NCBI GenBank assembly: GCA_951406725.2
Contig: OX597817.1
Span: forward strand, 70,804,001 to 70,868,000
DNA from: Octopus vulgaris
Taxonomy: Eukaryota
Direction: 5' to 3'
Length of the DNA: 64,000 nucleotides
The notes under the pieces are model-generated. The model did no database searches. It saw only the letters and a program-made list of their open reading frames with translations, and had not been told where the DNA came from. A program made the translations under genes and the position numbers. This document shows positions 55,086-64,000 of this stretch, piece by piece; the first letter of the stretch is position 1, and each line of letters opens with the position of its first letter.

Positions 55086-55718
55086 GCATGTATGTACACA
55101 CACATATAAATATATAGTAACTTACTGCTACACTAGGGGATGGCCATTTTTCGCCATTTAAACACAGACATTATTTATTTGATATTCACTTTAGCTTTTG
55201 TTCTAATTATTTTTTGTTTACATGTCTGTGAAAATTCTTTCGTCATACATTCTGTGACCTCATCAATACCTATAAGTATATATTTATATATATGCAGGTA
55301 TAAATAAACAAATATGTGTATATCTACACACTCACACTCACACACACACACACACGCACACACATATATATATGTGTATGTGTGTGTGTGTGTATACATC
55401 CATACATATATGTATATATATATTTATATGCATACATATGTTTGTATATATAAATACATACATATACATATGAAAAATGAAGTTAATGTGTAAGTATATA
55501 CAAGTATATTCAAGTTAATGTATAAGTATATATATATAAGTATTTTCAAGTGTAACTGACCGAAATGGTCGTGACTTCTGGTACTTGACTGATGAAACAA
55601 AGCCAAGAATCACTCGTCTTTTTTTTGCTTGTCCTTCTAATTGCTGTTTCTCTTGTTCGCTTTTCTGTTGTCTATCTACCCGAACGCTTTACTGCCCTCT
55701 ATTGCATTTTCTTCCATT

Positions 55719-55781
<63 letters not shown>

Positions 55782-55785
<4 letters not shown>

Positions 55786-55838
55786 GGCGGTGCATCATAT
55801 CATCATGGCCGCAGCTCTGAGCTGAAACTTTAAAAAAA
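55782..55838 (+). mobile_element. Extreme 3' remnant of the LINE at 10907
   Basis: aaacggcggtgcatca(tatca)tcatggccgcagctctgagctgaaac plus A-run. Confidence 0.75.
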
Positions 55839-55854
55839 CACGAAAGAAATGTAT

Positions 55855-56140
55855 ATATTTAACATTGTCCCGAGAGAGATCAAAGAGGAAAAGGATCCCA
55901 TCAACTTTAAACAGAGTCTGGATAGATTCCTTCAAAGAATACCAGATAAGCCACCCATAATTGGATACAACTCACCCAACAAGAACTCACTACTTGAACA
56001 AAACTGGATACAACTCACCCAACAAGAACTCACTACTTGAACAAAACTTGACTTAAACAGGATTCGAATAATCCTATCAGGTGGTGCTATTAAGTTAGAC
56101 ATGGCCTGGACCAATCTTTGGTCGAAACATATCTAAGTTT
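55855..56140 (+). mobile_element. LINE 3' end (family of 41198) with an internal 43-bp tandem duplication
   Basis: FNIVPREIKEEKDPINFKQSLDRFLQRIPDKP; 55962-56004 repeated at 56005-56047. Confidence 0.85.
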
Positions 56141-58560
<2,420 letters not shown>

Positions 58561-58848
58561 TGTATCTGTATGTACAAAAATTTAATCATTTTTTCTTCAA
58601 ATATATTTTGTATTTTGCAATTTATTTATTGTTGCTAACCTGAGCGACAACTTAAGTGTTTAATATTTATCTTGAACTGCTCTTAGACGAAACCACACTT
58701 TTCTTTATCCATTTATTTATTCTACCAGAATAGAAAACACGAACACTAGCAGAAAGTGACTGAAAGCGCTTTCTTTTTTTTCGGACAATGGCTGCTATAC
58801 TGAAGAAGCGCGAGCGCACGTGCATATATGTATGAGTGTGTGTTTGTT

Positions 58849-58905
<57 letters not shown>

Positions 58906-59137
58906 GGCGGCGAGCTGGCAGAAACGTTAGCACGCCAGGCGAAATGCTTAGCGGTATTTCGTCTGCGTTACGTTGTGAGTTCAAATTCCGCCGAGGTCGA
59001 CTTTGCCTTTCATCCTTTCGGGGTCGATAAATTAAGTACCAGTTACGCACTGGGGTCGATGTAATCGACTTAATACCTATGTCTGTCCTTGTTTGTCCCC
59101 TCTGTGTTTAGTCCCTTGTGGGTAATAAAGAAATAGG
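58906..59137 (+). mobile_element. SINE family B, full length
   Basis: ggcggcgagctggcagaaacgttagc...gagttcaaattcc...aataaagaaata. Confidence 0.9.
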
Positions 59138-59899
59138 TTTGCTGGCAGAACCGTTAGCTTGTCGGGCAAATGATTAGCAACATTTTTTAATGCGTTATTT
59201 GTTTTGGGGCTCATATCCCGCCGAGGTTCGATTTGCCCCCTCTCCTCAAAAGGTACCGGTCTTGGGTACTGCAACAGGTCAGTGTCCATTTCAGGAATAG
59301 TGTTGTAATCTCGGTCTCTTATATTCCATGGAAACCGGATGTTCAGCTTTATGAGTCAAAGGGCCCAAGAAAACCAAAATTAATGTCTATAAGTATATGT
59401 CTACGCATCTTCTCTGTTTTTGATTATTTAAAATCTTCCTTTCGGGAATGATCTGGTTTCTAACAAAGATACAAAGTTTCATCGTTGGAATGTGGAAAAC
59501 GAAAACAATGTCACATTTTAAACCTGAGAAAAGTCTTGTATAGTTTTATGGTTCTGTTTGCATATTGTATTTGTAATGTGCGAATCATGCTGGCTGATTT
59601 CTTTTTTCTGAAAACTCTAGGTTATCTAAACTGACAGGCATTCTATGTACGTACGTACGTATGTATGTATGTATGTATGTATGTATGTATGTATGTATGT
59701 ATGTATGTATGTATGTATGTATGTATGTATGTATGTATGTATGTATGTATGTATGTATGTATGTATGCATGTATGTATGTGTGTGTGTATGTGCATGTGT
59801 GAGTGTGTGTGAGTGCATGTATGTATGTGCGTATGTATGTGTGTGCGTGTGTGTATGCATGTATTTGTGTATGTGTGTAGGTATGAGCATTTATAAGTA

Positions 59900-60418
59900 C
59901 CGTAAATCCTCGAGTATAGTCCGCCCTTGAGTATAATACGCAGGGGGATTTTGGAGGGCTGTACCTCTGAAAAAACATAAGCCTTGTGTATAATACGCAC
60001 CCCTTCCCTAACTTGACTCAAGGAGGTCTATATAACGTCCTTGGTTTGTAAAAATGTATACGGTAACGTCCTTTATTTTTATTGTACATATAGCATAATG
60101 CAAACGTGTAGCATTTTGTGCATTTTCTTAGCAGAAAATAAAGAAATAACAGTAATAACAGTAATAACCTTTAATAAATGTTGCTTATTGCAAGTTATGG
60201 ATGATTCTTTTATGACTTCATTGCTTTTAGGCTTAGCTTAAGTTATTTTCGCGCCCGACATCACAAAATGCGTCTGAATAAACATTGCAGGACAGCAAAT
60301 AGAGACTCGGACATTGCTACAAAATAATTTTCATTTTTAACCTCATATATAGTACGCACTAGGGATTTTGACCTTTAAATTTTGGGAAAAAATGCGGATT
60401 ATACTCGAGGATTTGTGG
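59900..60418. mobile_element. pogo/Tigger-type MITE
   Basis: TIRs ccgtaaatcctcgagtatagtccgc / gcggattatactcgaggatttgtgg, TA on both sides. Confidence 0.82.
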
Positions 60419-61053
60419 TACATATTTGTATGAGTTATGAGTGTGGGCATCGACTATCTGCATGTGTATTTGCACATGACCGCGTGGTCAAGAACTTCAG
60501 TTACGGTCATAAGTTCCTGGATGTCATTCTTGGGCAAGTATCTTCAACCGTAGATACGATTCGGTCCAGGCCTTTTGAGGAAAATTTTATTAAAGGGAAC
60601 TATATTGAAGCACTTCAGATCCACTCAAACTGTAATTCAAACTTCCATCTTTAACACATGTATCTCGTTGATTCTGCCGCCTCAAAACTATATTAAGGGT
60701 ACAAATGTCTGTGAACTACTCATCCGTTGAATTAAATGTGTAGGTCCTTCTGTTGATGTAAAAAATGGAGTATTTATTAATGTGTATGTGTGTGTGTGTG
60801 CGTGTATATGTGTGTGTGAGTGTGTGCATGATTTCATGTAGAGTTGAACACCGTTTGATGCATTCTGGGCCGAAATTTGTTGATGTTAATTTCAGGTTCT
60901 TACATTTTCGATTGTTCTCGTGAGTGTACACATAATTCTGCACACACACAGATAACGATACACACACATACACACACACACATACATACACACACACACA
61001 CACACACACTCACATATATAATCAAAATAAGCAACAAAGATATCCAAAGGTAG

Positions 61054-61141
61054 TGTAGTACAATCGTTTCATGCTACTTCATTTAATTAAACAATGTAAA
61101 TGTTACATCAGTTTTAAAATGTAGACCACTCTTCAGCCACA
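61054..61141 (-). ncRNA. Type I hammerhead with long stem II, intact core
   Basis: Reverse complement: tgtgg-CTGAAGA-gtg(gt)ctac...gtagcat-GAAA-cgattg-TA-ctaca. Confidence 0.7.
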
Positions 61142-61982
61142 TATGGAATTTGTTTTTTTTAATTAAATTGACAATGTTCATTTTTTCTACTCATTTTTCT
61201 ACTTATTTTGATTATAATCAACCCATTTGATTTACATGGATAATACCATACCAAATTCTGGTGCCTTTAACTTAAGTACCATATTCATCTGAATCAAAAT
61301 TTTTGCTGAACTTATATATGTATATGTATGTGTGTGCGTGTGTGTATGCATGTATTCGTGTATATGCGTAGGTATGTGTGTATGTGCGTATGTATGTGCA
61401 TTTATAAATACCGTAAATCCTCGAGTATAGTCCGCCCTTGAGTATATATATGAGGAACACTGATGAGGCAAAGTGCAAGATTGCGTAATGTTTTTTTTAC
61501 AGCTGTTATGTAATAATTGGGCAATTTTGATGAAGTGCATGTATGTTCTATAAAAAATATTTATTAAGCGTGCCTACAAGTCATTAAATGTTTACGTCTC
61601 ATCTTCCAGGAATGTGTTTAATACGTAAATTGGTAGATCCAATAACGTTACAGGCTATATGTTGTGGCTATCTAAGCAATGAGTTCGTGGATGATTAATG
61701 GGTTTGATGAGAGCTGATCAAGAAGCAAAAACTCCCGAAATGACATATACACCTATTACACACTTTTTCATCTTCGATCTCATTGGTTGTTTACATCTGA
61801 CGTCTCGAATACGAAACGTCGTAACAGAATCATTGCTGGATATAAATATCTATAGAAAATCTGTAGAAATGATCTTTTCACGTGATATATATATATATAT
61901 ATACATGTGTGTGTGTGTGTGAGAGAGAGATAGATAGAGAGAGAGAGGTACATACCACATACATATATATGCATATATGAAT

Positions 61983-62051
<69 letters not shown>

Positions 62052-62087
62052 ATGATATATATATATAGAGAGAGATAGCTATATATA

Positions 62088-62365
62088 TGGCTTGGATCTG
62101 TAGTCTCCGAATTAGCTTTCTCCGTTCTGGTTTTGAGAAGCCCAATTTCTCAAGATTGGTACTTAGACAATGTGTGACATATCCCAGTATCCCAATAGTT
62201 ATAGGTATAAATCCGAACTTGTAACCTGGGTAGAGTAACTGTAGATTTCTCAATAGTTCAGCATAGGTATTTTTGTTTCGCTGATCTTTACCTTTGTTAA
62301 CACCCGTTGGGCAACTGATTTCCACAACTGTACACATTTTCTCTTCTCTATCGCAAATCACTATG
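62088..62365 (-). pseudogene. RLE retrotransposon endonuclease fragment
   Basis: IVICDREEKMCTVVEISCP..VN...NTYAELLRNLQLLYP.YKF.FIPI.IG.LGYV. Confidence 0.85.
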
Positions 62366-62454
62366 CACATATGTATGTATCCGCATGAAATACTACCTTG
62401 ACATATACATCAAACATATGTCTGAACTAGCTGGTATTCACACCTTTAAAAACA

Positions 62455-62838
62455 AAGTAATACTGGTGGAACACTCCAATAAAAAGAGCAATTTGGTGCA
62501 AACATAACAGACCTGATATTGCTCTGTGAGACACGGAACAAAAGTCATGCACTGTTGTAGAGATCAGCTGCTCAGCGGATGTAAATGTATTATCATTAAT
62601 CTATAAGATTTAAGGAGAATTAATGCAGAACTTACAGCTCTTGTACCTAGACAATGAATACTCAATTGTACCTATATTCATAGGTACATTAGGTAATGTA
62701 CCAGCAAATTTGTACAAAAACCTAGAAAAACTCAGTTTCAAGGTGAAGAAGCAAAAAAAACTGATGCGGATTCTTCAAAACCAATCAATTAGTGGCACAG
62801 TGAAGAGTTGTAATATATTGCAAGAATTCTCCATGTGA
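62455..62838 (+). pseudogene. RLE retrotransposon endonuclease fragment (related subfamily)
   Basis: YWWNTPI....CKHNRPDI...CTVVEISCSADVN...ELMQNLQLLY...IVPIFIGTLG...SISGTVK.C. Confidence 0.85.
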
Positions 62839-63044
62839 GATTCTTATGTAAATAGATGCACACATTCGGGCGTATGCATTGACAGTTCAACCAACACACC
62901 AACTCAACCACATATTTACAAACATCAGGAACTATCTTAGCTCAAAAAGTCTTGTTGCTTTATTAGCGACCGGCTTGATCTCTCTCAAGAACTTGAATTA
63001 AACTCAAAGAAAAAAAGTATACATAATACTTAAATGTGTATGTA

Positions 63045-63114
<70 letters not shown>

Positions 63115-63388
63115 AAATAAGAAAATGGAGGAATAGATTTCTTTCAATCATCAACTTCCAGATAATACCAATTCATATAATTTATTAACTAATTATTTAG
63201 ATTAAATAGGAATATCCAAATCCAACAGAATAAGACAGAATAAAACAATATACATCAATAAGTAAGATAATGCCATAAGAATAATACATATAAAATGGAT
63301 CTTACGGCTGTTTCAGCCTGTAGATAAGAGTATCTCATTATGCCCATATTAGTCAGATGTATTGAGGTAATATGCAGTTAAAAATGAG

Positions 63389-63421
<33 letters not shown>

Positions 63422-63655
63422 TGAAACCAAAGCGACTGAAGAAGAGGTTTTTTCTTTGTGTTAATTGTCCTGTACTCTATTTTTTTGTTGTTTTAAAATA
63501 ATGTCCAGTTCCTTTGGTTTGTGTCTATGTTTTCGTTTCTCATTGTGTTCGACGTCCTTTTGGTGTCCTGTACTCATATATGCGTGTATATGTACATGTA
63601 GAGGTAGGTACGTACATATATGTTTATATATATGCATATGTTTTATTTTATTTAT

Positions 63656-63700
<45 letters not shown>

Positions 63701-64000
63701 TCAAGGCCTCGTCAAAGATTATAAAGTACAATTATAAAGATATAAAATGAAGATATAAAATGCAAATATGAATATTAAACAAGGTACACATATACAAGAA
63801 TATGTATATATACATATATACATATATATATAAGCGTATATCCACCTACATATACATATATATATATAAGTATATACATAATAATATACATACACATAAG
63901 GTTACAGTTAATCAGATCTATATACTGGAATATATATATATATATATCCACATCAAAGTGTACATATACAAAGTTCAAAGTTCATTGTATTACATTACTA

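Noticed and set aside
55575-55625. CTGATGA in a TA-flanked island related to 29660-29815
   Set aside because: No stem II and no intact GAAA; not counted as a ribozyme.

Overview
AT-rich eukaryotic non-coding DNA (intergenic or deep intron), most likely from an octopus, judging by the SINE families and the extreme (TA)n/(TG)n/(TATG)n/(TATC)n load. I cannot support any host-gene exon, and almost all long ORFs in the track are microsatellite artefacts. The window is a mosaic of transposable elements: at least four SINE families, CR1/L2-group LINE 3' ends (one with a twin-priming-type 5' inversion), R4/Dong-like restriction-like-endonuclease (RLE) retrotransposon ends, Penelope-like element (PLE) fragments including one open GIY-YIG ORF, non-autonomous Helitrons, and Tc1/mariner, pogo and hAT derivatives. 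The most interesting signal is about ten type I hammerhead ribozyme motifs (five with an intact core) from several unrelated short elements, mostly lodged in microsatellites. One of these (23843-24135, minus strand) is fused behind a tRNA-like Pol III promoter, making it a candidate SINE-retrozyme that may be mobilised by PLEs. A cluster of perfect long hairpins lies at 37.26-37.69 kb. All calls were made by eye; boundaries of degenerate elements are approximate.
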